Source of the DNA: Mobula hypostoma
Lineage: Eukaryota
NCBI RefSeq assembly: GCF_963921235.1
Contig: NC_086097.1
Coordinates: 52,454,001 to 52,518,000, forward strand
Length of the DNA stretch: 64,000 nucleotides
Direction of reading: 5' to 3'
Part shown: one piece after another, positions 37,288-47,780 of the stretch
Numbering within the stretch: position 1 is the first letter of the stretch
Layout of the letters: every line of letters starts with the position of its first letter
Notes under the pieces: generated by a model
What the model was told of the DNA's origin: nothing
The model's input: only the letters and a program-made list of their open reading frames with translations
Database searches by the model: none
Program-made: the position numbers and the translations under genes

Positions 37288-38520
37288 CATTCTCATCCAA
37301 GTCATTTATATATTTTGACAAACAACACAGCTCCAAAATTGATCACAAAGTACACTATTGAGAAAACTACTTCAGCCTCTTATTGCAAAGTTGATTTTGG
37401 ATCCAGTTTGCCAAAACACCTTGGATCATACGTGCACTAACTTTCTGGATCAGTCCCTTTGCAGGACCTTGCAAAAAGCCTTTGCTAGATCACATGCATT
37501 CCACATCTGCCACCTTGCCTTCAATTTTCTTAGTAGCTTCCTCAAACTTGATTAGATTTGAGAAGCAAAGTTCTCATGCATGAAATGATGCCAACTCACT
37601 TTAATCAGTCCCTGCCCTTCCAAATGATCATAAATGCTATCCCAAAGAATCTTTTCCCAAATAGTTCCCTTATACATATTGTAAGGCTCAGACGCTCTGT
37701 AGTTTCCTGGCCTATTTCTATTGCCCTTCTTGAATATGGGATCACCATTAGCTAATGATATCACACACACAGCTAAAGATGATACAAAAATTCTCTCTCT
37801 GATCCCAGCAGCATCCTCCCTTATTTCCCATAGCTCCCTGGGATATGTCCAAATCTCTAACTTGATCGTGACAGACATAAGCCTCCTCTAATACTCCCCA
37901 TCCTTCTCACTGGTGACTACTGATGCAAAGGATTAATTCAGGATACTCTATGTATGCCCTGGCTCCACAAAATTACATTCCTCTTTTGACAGGACTTTCT
38001 CTTTTCCCTAGCAATCCTCTTACTGCTAAGTTATTTACGAAACGGCACTGTGGAATTGAATGCAATGTGGAGTAGGAAATATAGAAGCTACCAATCAGAA
38101 CAGAGAAAGAAAGAAGAGAGAGCGTACAGGGCAAAGAAACAAAAACAATACATTAGAACACAGAATGTAGAACAGTACCACAGAGGAACAGACACTTTGG
38201 CCGAGATGTCTGTGCCAAATTAAACTAGAACTATTTAGCTACACATGATCCGTAACTCCCCACTTCCTGCATGTTCATGTCCATGTCTAAATCTGTTAAA
38301 CCCAATATCGTGTCTGCTTCCACTACCACCCTTGATCATCATTTATGTAAAAAACTTGCTCTGCCCAAATTAATTAAACTTTCCTCCCCTCACATTAAAT
38401 TCAGGCCCTCTAGTTTTTGGCATTTATACCCTGAGAAAAAAGCTCCATCTATACCACTCATTATAAATCCCCATTGGGTCTCTCCACCTCAGCCTTCAAC
38501 ACTCCACAGAAAACAATTCG
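37288..38520 (-). mobile_element. Old degenerate CR1 fragments
   Basis: PIFKKGNRNRPGNYR and a decayed CR1 3' end. Confidence 0.6.
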
Positions 38521-41135
38521 TTAGATAGAAACATAGAAAACCTACAGCACGATACAGGCCCTTCGGCCTGCAATGCTGTGCTAAACATGTACTTACTTTA
38601 GAAATTACCTCAGGTTACCCATAGCCCTCTATTTTTCTAAGCTCCATGTACCTGTCCAGGAGTCTCTTAAAAGACCCTATTGTATCCGCCTCCACCACCG
38701 TCACCAGCAGCCCATTCCATACACTCACCACTCTCTGCATAAAGAACTTACCCCTGACATCTCCCCCGTACCTAGTTCCAAGCACCTTAAAACTGCGCCC
38801 TCTCGTGCTAGCCATTTCAGCCCTGGGAAAAAGCATGTGACTATCCACACGATCAATGCCTCTCATTATCTTGTACATCTCTGTCAGGTCACCTCTCATC
38901 CTCCGTCACTTCAAGGAGAAAAGGCCGAGTTCACTCAGCCTGTTCTCATAAGGCATGCTCCCCAATCCAGGCAACATCCTTGTAAATCTCTTCTTCTTTC
39001 TGTGGTTTCCACGTCCTTCCTGTAATGAGGTGACCAGAACTGAGCACAGTACTCCAGGCAGGGTCTGACCAGGATTCTATATAGCTGTAACATTACCTTT
39101 CAGCTCTTCACCTCAATCCTGCGGTTGATGAAGGCCGATGCATTGTATGCCCTCTAAACCACAGAGTCAACCTGCGCAACAGCTTCGAGTGTCCTATGGA
39201 CTCGGACACCAAGATCCTTCTGATCCTCCATGCTGCCAAGTATCCTCCATTAATATTATATTCTGCCATCATATTTGATCTACCAAAATGTACCACCTCA
39301 CACTTATCTGGGATGAACTCCATCTGCCACTTCTCAGTGCAGTTTTGCATCCTATTGATGTCCTGCTGTAACCTCTGACAGCCCTCCACACTATCCACAA
39401 CACCCCCAACCTTTGTGTCATCAGTAAATTTACTAACCCATCCCTCCACTTCCTCATCCAGGTCATTTATCAAAATCATAAAGAGAAGGAGTCCCAGAAC
39501 AGATCCCTGAGGCACACCACTGGTCACCGATCTCCAACCACTCTTTGCCTTCTGTGAGTAAGCCAATTCTGGATCCACAAAACAAGGTCCTTTTGGATCC
39601 CATGCTTCCTTACTTTCTCAATAAGCTTTGCATGGGGTACCTTGTCAAATGCCTTGCTGAAATCCATATACACTACATCTGCAGCTCTACCTTCATCAAT
39701 GTGTTTAGTCACATCCTCAAAAACTTCAGTCAGGTTGCCTATGACAAAGCCATGCTGACTATTCCTAATCATATTATGCCTCTCCAAATGTTCATAAATC
39801 CTACCTCTCAGGATCTTTTCCATCAATTTATCAACTACTGAAGTAAGACTCACTGGCCTATAGTTTCCTGGGCTATCTCTACTCCCTTTCTTGAATAAGG
39901 GAACAACATTTGCAACCCTCCAATCCTCCAGAACCTCTCCTGTCCCCATTGCCAGAGGCTCAGCAATCTCCTCCCTTGCCTCTCACAGTAGCCTGGGGTA
40001 TATCTCATCTGGTCCCGGAGACTTATCCAACTTGGTGCTTTTCAAAAGCTCCAGCACATCCTCTTTCTTAATGTCTATATGCTCAAGCTTTTTAATCCGC
40101 TGTAAGTCATCCCTACTATCGCCAAGGTTCTTTTCTGTAGTGAATACTGAAGCAAAGTATGCATTAAGTATCTCTCCTCCAGTTCCATACACACTTTTCC
40201 ACTGTCACAATTGATTGGTCCTATTCTCTCACATTGTATCCCCTTGCTCTTCACATACTGGTAGAATGCCTTGGGGTTTTCCTTAATCCTGCTCGCCAAG
40301 GCCTTCTCATGGCCCCTTCTCGATCTCCTAATTTTATTCTCAAGCTCCTTCCTGCTGGCCTTATAACCTTCTAGATCGCTATCATTACCTAGTTTTTTGG
40401 AACTTTCGTAAGCTCTTCTTTTCTTCTTGACTAGATTTTCAACAGCCTTTTTACACTACGGTTCCTGTACCCTCCCATCCTTTCCCTGTCTCACTGGAAG
40501 ATACCTATGCAGAAAACCTCGCAAATATCCCCTGAACATTTGCCACATTTCTGCTGTACATTTCCCTGAGAACATCTGTTCCCAATTTATACTTCCAAGT
40601 TCCTGCCTGATAGCTTCATATTTCCCCTTACTCCAATTAAACACTTTCTTAACTTGTCTGTTCCTATCCCTCTCCAATGCTATGGTAAAGGAGATAGAAT
40701 TGTGATCACCATCTCCAAAATGCTCTCCCATTGAGAGATCTGACACCTGACCAGGTTCATTTCCCAATACCAGATCAAGTACAGCCTCTCCTCTCGTAGG
40801 CTTATCTACATATCGTGTCAGGAAACCTTCCTGAACACATCTAACAAACTCCACCCCATCTAAACTTCTTGTTCTAGAGAGATGCCAATCAATATTTGGG
40901 AAATGAAAATCTCCTACCATGACAACCCTGTTATTATTTCACCTTTCCAGAATCTGTCTCCCTATCTGCTCCTCTATGTCCCTGTTACTATTGGGTGGTC
41001 TATAAAAAAATACTCTGTAGTGGCCACAATATCATAGCTCCAAGTACTGATCTACGCTCTAAGCTCAGCCGCTTTGTTCATGCTTCTTGCATTAAAATAG
41101 ACACATCTCAAACCATCGGACTGAGCACATCCCTT

Positions 41136-41360
41136 CTGTGGAATTCTCTGCCACAGCAAACTGTTGAGGCCAGTTCATTAGCTATGTTTAAAAGGAAGTT
41201 AGATACGGCCCTTGTGGCTACAGGGGTCAGGGGGTATGGAGGGAAGGCTGGGTTCTGAGTTGGATGATCAGCCATGATCATAATAAATGGCGGTGCAGGC
41301 TCGAAGGGCCGAATGGCCTACTCCTGCACCTATTTTCTATGTTTCTATGTTTCTATGTTT
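41136..41360 (+). mobile_element. CR1 3' end nested antisense in CR1
   Basis: LWNSLPQQTVEASSL.. followed by a (CTATGTTT)n tail. Confidence 0.8.
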
Positions 41361-41582
41361 ATCACCTGCCTATCCTCCCTCTCGCACTGTCTCCAAGCTT
41401 TCTCTATTTGTGAGCTAACAGCCCCTTCCTCCGTCTCTTCAGTTCTGTTCCCACACCCCCCCACCCAGCAATTCTAGTTTAAACTCTCCCCATAGCCTTA
41501 GCAAACCTCCCTGTCAGGATATCGGCCCCCTCAAATTCAAGTGCAACCTGTCCTTTTTGTACAGGTCACACCTGCCCCAAGA

Positions 41583-41682
41583 ATCCTGTGTCCTGATGAA
41601 GGGTTCCAGCCCGAAACGTCGACTCATTGTTTCCACGGATGCTGCCCGACCTGCTGAGTTCCTCCAGCATGTTGTGAGTGTT
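41583..41682 (+). mobile_element. 100-bp Penelope-like terminal fragment
   Basis: 10-bp TSD TGCCCCAAGA (41573-41582 and 41683-41692); carries a hammerhead motif. Confidence 0.8.
41590..41623 (+). ncRNA. Minimal hammerhead ribozyme motif
   Basis: GTC-CTGATGA-AGGGTTCCAGCCC-GAAACGTC-GAC. Confidence 0.65.
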
Positions 41683-42346
41683 TGCCCCAAGAGGTACTGA
41701 TGATCCAGAAATCTGAATCCCTGCCCTTTGCTCCAATCCCTCAGCCACACATTTATCCTCCACCTCATTCTATTCCTATACTCACTATCATGTGGCACAG
41801 GCAGTCATGCTGAGATTACTACCTTTGTGGTCCTGCTTCTCAGCTTCCTTCCTAACTCCCTGCAGTCTGTTTTCAGGACCTCCTCCCTTTTCCTGCCTAT
41901 GTCGTTGGTACCAATATGTCCCACGACCTCTGGCTGTTCACCTTCCCACTTCAGGATATTGTGGATGTGATCAGAAACACAAACACAGAGTTGTTGAAAC
42001 TCTGCTAGGAGCTAATACCCACTAAATCAGGCAGCACTCTGGTGAACTGGACCATCTTGAGCTACAGTGTAAATAAACACAGACTAGCTGAAGCATTTGC
42101 ACCAATCAAGGCCAATAAGCAAACATAGATAGCAGGCATCAAGTGAATGGTAGAGCCCTGGGGAATGCTGAGGAAGAGAGATAGGTGAGATACTTCTCCT
42201 GGCAATCTGGCTGCAGTTCTGGTTGCCGTACAAGAATAGGAAGGATGTGATTGCAATGCAGTGAATGCAGAGGCAAGTCACCAGCATGATAGCTAGAGTA
42301 TTACAGTTATAAAGATTTATGAATGCTTGTCGTAACGCTAACCAAC

Positions 42347-42583
42347 CTGGCACCTCACAGCGCGGTTGACCAGTTCCAGGTGCTGTTCTAGTCCCTGCAA
42401 CCTCCTGTCCATTCTCGTACACACACCAACAGTATCCTGTGCTGCCGTGACATTGCATCGGCCTGAAGTTCCCCTCGTCATCACACTGAGGGATGTAGAG
42501 TCCAACAAGAAGTCCGTGCTGGCTCCCCTCTGCTTGCAACCGTTCTCGCTGCTGCTCACAGGCAGACTTCGGGCGCTCACTGG
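42347..42583 (-). CDS. NID2: TY-domain exon (237 bp, class B)
   Basis: ctgcAG acceptor, G|GTTGGT donor; near-identical to the exon at 6328-6564. Confidence 0.88.
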
Positions 42584-44312
42584 CTGCAGATCAATTCAAG
42601 AAGGAATCTGTTACTGAGCAACAGTGGAAATATTTTAAGTTGAGCTGTGTCATTTTTCTTCTTGCTGACTGTGTTGTCAGTTTACAGGGCATCAGGCAAG
42701 CCAGCAGGTTGTGTGACATTGTGCCTGATGTGTTCAGCCTGTTGTTATAATGGATGCTAATTGCTTGTGCAGAACAAGGATAAGCTGGATTGTTATTAAG
42801 GAGACAACTTAAATTGGGGTTTCAAGGTTTTACATCTCTGTACAACTGAATGAGGAGAAAAGAAAGAAATACAGAAACCATCCAATTAGAAGGGAGAAGG
42901 AGACGGACTGCAAAACCTGAAAAGGCAGAATGATGAGATAAAGAACAGCATAGATCATCTTGATGTTGGTGATCTATCAATTCAGACAGGTTTTGCAAAT
43001 GAAAAGCAAACCTTTGATTATTTGACTTCGGGACCCCACTTTGCAAAATATTTCTTATTCTTCTTCTTTAATATTTCTTTATTCTGGGTATGGGCAAGTC
43101 AGTTTAAAGAGATACATAGTGCAGAGAGTTGAAGTCTTTTTACCATGGATTTAAGGTGAGAGTTAAGAGGGTTAGATGGGATCTGAGGGGAATTTTTCTC
43201 TCTAACGCACAAAGCTCTGCCTGAAGAGCTGATAGAGGTTAAACTCTTGCAATGTTTAGGAATCACTTGAATTGCCAAGGTGCAGAAAGCTACTGATCTA
43301 ACACTTGTGAATGGGCTGCATATCAGTAGGTACATTGGGTGGGATGAACATGGTGGGGTGAAGGGCCTGTGCTACACGATGCTATGGGCCTTATGACACT
43401 TCACAGTTACAGCTGACACAAGAATAAATTCTTCCAATGATAATCTAATGCTATGAATCACATAAAGGTGCTTTTGCAAGTTCCAGAACAAATTTAGAAC
43501 TTAAAAGCAAGCAAGTGCAAGAGACTGGACAGACTGAGGCAGGACAGCAAGTGAGAAAGGCTATGCTGCATTTATTTGAATGGAAAAAGCCTGACAGGTG
43601 AGGAAAGTGAGCTCGGAGCATGAACAGGCACTTGGGATTGATACTATAGCATGAGTGAGGGATGGGCACATGTGGCAACTCAATGCTCTGCGGTATACCT
43701 GCTGCAGGTATGAGAGAGGTTGGGATAAGAGAGGAAGGGAGTTGAATTTTTGATTAGGGAGAATGTTACAGCAGTATTTTTTTTTAATTAATCCTGGGGG
43801 ACGTTCAGTGAGGCGACATGCATAGAAACCAAAAAAAATAAGAATAGAGTGATCACTTTGATGATGTCCCAGAATGGTCAGGGGGAATTAGAACAGCAAA
43901 TACGTTGGGAGATCATAGATAGCTTCAGGAACAATAAAGCTGTAATAGTAGGTGATTTTAACTTCCACTAATATTGACTCAGACAGACATAGTAAAGGAT
44001 TAGATAAAGGTTTCTTGATCAATTCGAAGACTACCCTTTAGACAGGGTAACAGTTGACCCTCTTGGGAAATAAGACTGGTCAAGTTGGGTGTCACTTTGG
44101 GACCAGTTTGAAGAAAGATAGGGATGATCCAGAAGTAAAAGACTTAAACTGGGACAAGGCTTAATCTGATATCATTAGGCACAAATTTGCAAAGTTTGAT
44201 TGGAAAATGTAGTTAGCAAGTAGATGGATCACTGAGTTCCCAGTCAGAAATTTCAATAAAATCCCTTTGAATTTCTCTATTTACTATAATCTTACTTATT
44301 ACCCTGACTAAC

Positions 44313-44552
44313 CTGGCTGTCCACAATGTGGTTGACCAGTTCCAGGTGCTCTTCTTGTCCCGGGAACTTCCTGTCCATTCTCGTATACACACCAGCAGTG
44401 GCCTGTGCTGCTGTGACATTGCATCAGCCTGAAGTTCCCTTCGTCATCACACTGAGGGATGTGGACTCCCAGAAGAGGCCCACGCAGTCTCATCTCTGTT
44501 TCTAACCGTTCTCGCTGCTGCTCACAGGCAGACTTGGGACGCTCATTGACTG
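44313..44552 (-). CDS. NID2: TY-domain exon (240 or 237 bp; tandem CAGCAG acceptor)
   Basis: gatCAG|CAG|TC AAT acceptor (exon start at 44552 or 44549), G|GTTAGT donor, open TY domain. Confidence 0.88.
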
Positions 44553-45414
44553 CTGATCATTCAATTTGAAACAAGATATAGTGAAAGTACAAATTACACA
44601 GACTGGGTCTTGTAACATGTTATTTTGTACAGTGCTCATTGCTGACAGTCCAAAAATTATGAGAGAATTACATCCAAACTACATCTTTTAAATAAAATAT
44701 ATTTCAATATCTCAAGCTGTTTAAAATTCTACTGCCATCAGGGAGAGCTATACCCAGTAAAATTTACCTATAACCTGCAGAATTCATTCCTGACTTACTG
44801 TACAAGCTGTGTGGATCTTTTTCAATAAGGGTTTCCATTTGAGTTACTTCCCATGCTAAAACATCTCACAGGACCTTCCTTGCTGGGATATAATCAGAAG
44901 ATGTTCTGCTTAGTAGAACAGGTGCATGTGGGATACAGTTCATTGGCAGGGAATTGGGCTGAACTCAGACAAAGGAATTAAGAATGGTTATTTTTAATTA
45001 AAAGTATTAAAGAAAAATAACATGTAGCAAACAGCTAATCAGAAAGGAGAAAGGGGTCATTTTCAACATTGCCTCCAAGGAGGTAATCTGAAACAGCAAA
45101 GGATTGTCTGAAAAGATGGAAAGCACAAAAGACTACAGAGAAGGGTACAAGGAGAATAATGTGGCATTCAGAATATATGTAAATTAGATCACTCTTTGGT
45201 TCGTTATATGCAAGCACTGCTCCAATGAATGGTGAGACGAGGTTCATAAACTTAGGAGATAACGGACCCTGAAACTAACACTGTCCACAAATCAGCTTGC
45301 TATGAAATACTTACAAGCCTTTCTGCAAGTTACAGGTCAGTCATATATACTTTAAAGTCTCTTCTCATTTTAGTTGCAATAGTGACCAATTGCTTCACTA
45401 AAATTCTGACTCAC

Positions 45415-45651
45415 ATGGGAGCTCACAGCGTGCTTGACGGGTTCCAGGCGCTACCCTTGTCCCGGGAACTTCCTGTCCATTCTCGTACACACACCAGCAG
45501 TATCCTGTGCTGCTGTGACATTGCATCGGCCTGAAGTTGCCTTCATCATCACACTGAGGGATATGAACACCAAAAAGAGGCCCACGAATGCTCCCTGCCT
45601 GCAGTCTCTCTCTTTGCTGTTCACAAGCCGTTTTTGGACGTTCACTGGTTG
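45415..45651 (-). CDS. NID2: TY-domain exon (237 bp, most 5' TY exon seen)
   Basis: ttttcttAG|CA ACC acceptor, T|GTGAGT donor; [33 protein letters not shown]...RCELP. Confidence 0.9.
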
Positions 45652-45849
45652 CTAAGAAAATGGAAATAATTTTGAATCTAGCACAAAAATAAAGGATCAT
45701 TCACATATTTCAATGATACATCAAATACTGTCATCACCCTTTCAGAAAGAATATTCACACAGGCCAATGTGCTTTGGATACAGAACAATTCATGGGATAT
45801 TCGTACCTACCTCACTTCATGAGATTTTGCAGTTGCTGGAAATAAAGAA

Positions 45850-46040
45850 TAACACACACTAGATGCTGGAAGTACTCAGCAGGTCAGGCAGCATCTATAG
45901 AAAGGAATAAAGTGTAGACCTTTCAGGCCGAGACCCTGATAAAAATCCTGCTGGAACGGTCTTGGCCTAAAACATCAACTCGTTCTCTTTCCGTAGATGC
46001 TACCTGAACTGCTGAGTTCCTCCAGCATTTTATGTGCTAC
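45850..46040. mobile_element. Penelope-derived short inverted-repeat element
   Basis: Two inverted, degenerate copies of the Penelope tail (GATGCTGGAAGTACTCAGCAGG / GCTGAGTTCCTCCAGCAT). Confidence 0.6.
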
Positions 46041-47337
46041 TCTACAATATACTGTAGCTAAGTCAACAGTACAAACAGAAGCAAATTCCATCACTGACAG
46101 GGTTCTATAAAAAGTGCCTTGTAAAGGCCACAACCCTTTGTTCACATAAAGGAGTATTACAACCAGGGATTCTGTTCTATTTAACTTAGAATTTTGATTT
46201 GTGAATCACATGCTCCTTTTTCACAGTACAGCCCTATAATCAAGGAAAATTGTAAAGCATTGAAACACTGGTTTCCTCAGCTGCGTACATCTAGGGAAGA
46301 CAATATCCGGCCCTGCCAAAAGTGTGAGCCCCTCCCCCCCCAATCCCATCTGTGTGGATTCTGTGTAATTTGTTACCCTGTTACAAATTACTGCCACGAA
46401 ATAACCAACAGTACACTGCACACGATTAAAGGAATTATATTTATGAACCTTAACTAAAGAGTTAGTAAAGAATAACTAAAAGAATTGGGCCCATTCTAAT
46501 TAAACAGTCAAATGTGCACAAGTTGGAGCTCCTCTGGAACTTCTCTGTCACTCATGTGCTGGGCCCTCGGTCAACGTGACTGCACACACCACCTACCGAA
46601 TGTCGTTCGCAATCCATCTCCAACAAACGGGTCTCCCACCGGATCGTATGTTGTGACCGGTTCTCCCCAGCGTCTTTTCTCTTCATCTCCTCTCGAGCAA
46701 AAGCCCAAGACCAACCTTAATGTCCCTCATCAAGAAAAGCCTCCTGCTAATTGATGGCACGCATTCTACATCATCCCTCATCTTCAACAATAACCCAACC
46801 TGGCTGAAAGCAGAACAGACTGTTCTTACAGAGCTGCTAAGTGAAATATCTACAGCATCACAGTAACGATGTGAACCAGGGCATTACACTCCCCCCCACC
46901 CCACCCCCCAACCACAAATAGAAATAATTTGTCATCCCGTCATTAACAACACCATTTTCAAAGGAATTTCATGATTTTCAAAGGAATTTGTAAATGGTAG
47001 CGACATATCTCACTGGGGGATAGTCTGTTCCCCCGGTGCTACATAGGCCAGCCTATCTGCGGGTCTCCTGACTCTTTGAGACCTCCATATCCCGTCCAGG
47101 GGCAGGGGCTGATTTAATCTTTCCTGCTGCTGATCCTTCAGACTCGCCACAGAGCTCTCTGACTAGGTGTAGGCTCCAGGTCAGGCTCTGGGCCAACACA
47201 CACTTCTTGTCCGAGAGGCATGGAGAATCTTGACATCCTCTGGTTTCACCCGGAAAACAGGTACATCCGGTGTGTGACTCTCCACTTCTTAGAGCCTAGT
47301 TGCCCAGTGATCAGCCAACTAGTGCTTCCCAGGTAGC

Positions 47338-47780
47338 CAGTCAGTCAGTCAGTGGGTGCCGTCCCGAATCCGGGGTTGGCGGCTATGCACCTCCATCTTC
47401 TTCGATCTTGCGACAGCACCAAGTACAGCCTCTCCTCCAGTTTGTTCTCACTGGCCGCCTTGGCACCACCCACCGCTGCCCCCGCCGAACTTGAGCCCGA
47501 GGCCGTGTCGGCCTCCAGCCACGACCACTTCTTCGAGCTCGGCCCTTCCTTAGGCGGCGGCCTTGGGCAGGTCCAGGCACACGGTGCAGCGCCCAGGTTC
47601 ATCATGTCTCTTCTAACTAAGTGCATAACATACGATTCGTAGATACGTGGTGAGGCTTTAGTCTCTTCCACGGAAGACAGCCGTTGGCTCACAAGGAGCT
47701 CATCCACCCTTTGTCAGGTCTTGTTTTTTTTTAGTCCTGCTGAGTACAGCCTCTCTCCGACCATCTGGCACCCGACCGAA
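47338..47780 (-). mobile_element. RTE-like non-autonomous insert inside Gypsy
   Basis: VRRDMMNLG..SQDRRRWR C-terminal signature and a (GACT)n tail; interrupts the integrase C-terminal region. Confidence 0.5.
47413..47590 (-). pseudogene. ZFTRAF1: Circularly permuted fragment of ZFTRAF1/CYHR1 coding sequence
   Basis: Minus strand encodes [11 protein letters not shown] (47590-47556), then in another frame PKEGPSSKKWSWLE..ENKLEERLYLVL. From memory, CYHR1 reads KKR..[21 protein letters not shown]. The W and L differences fit CpG transitions. Confidence 0.75.

Larger units (their letters stand above)
38525..41975 (-). mobile_element. Near full-length CR1 LINE with nested inserts
   Basis: ORF1 esterase remnants (DRLHLN), ORF2 VGDFHFPNIDW, YMDFSKAFDKVPH, PQGSVLG, KFTDDTK; ATAGAAAC tail. 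Confidence 0.9.
600..45651 (-). other. NID2: Partial gene span: nidogen-2-like protein with an expanded array of 19 thyroglobulin type-1 domain exons (5' and 3' parts outside the window or not recognised)
   Basis: 19 co-oriented symmetric phase-1 exons with GT-AG ends, summing to 4596 nt without stops. The pattern ERPK.ACEQQRE...[34 protein letters not shown]...P.C matches my recollection of the first NID2 TY domain. No other nidogen domain exons are seen. Confidence 0.65.

Noticed and set aside
42084..42346. Hydrophobic read-through extension of ORF 42084-42539 as a membrane anchor
   Set aside because: The extension is the antisense strand of a decayed CR1 remnant past a GT donor, probably a chance open frame
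492..42617. Plus-strand and alternate-frame ORFs over TY exons (e.g. 6314-6598, 6304-6561, 7503-7748)
   Set aside because: Antisense or frame shadows of the repeated exon; they recur only because the exon is duplicated
600..45651. Thyroglobulin (TG), CD74, SPOCK or IGFBP as the gene identity
   Set aside because: The uniform one-exon-per-domain, near-identical repeats with an ERPK..CEQQRE leader and P.C.LP tail fit the nidogen type better; TG repeats are highly divergent and the other genes have a single TY domain
47422..47755. 13-bp direct repeat AGTACAGCCTCTC as a TSD
   Set aside because: The left copy lies inside the CYHR1-like coding fragment rather than at an insertion boundary; it may be microhomology or chance
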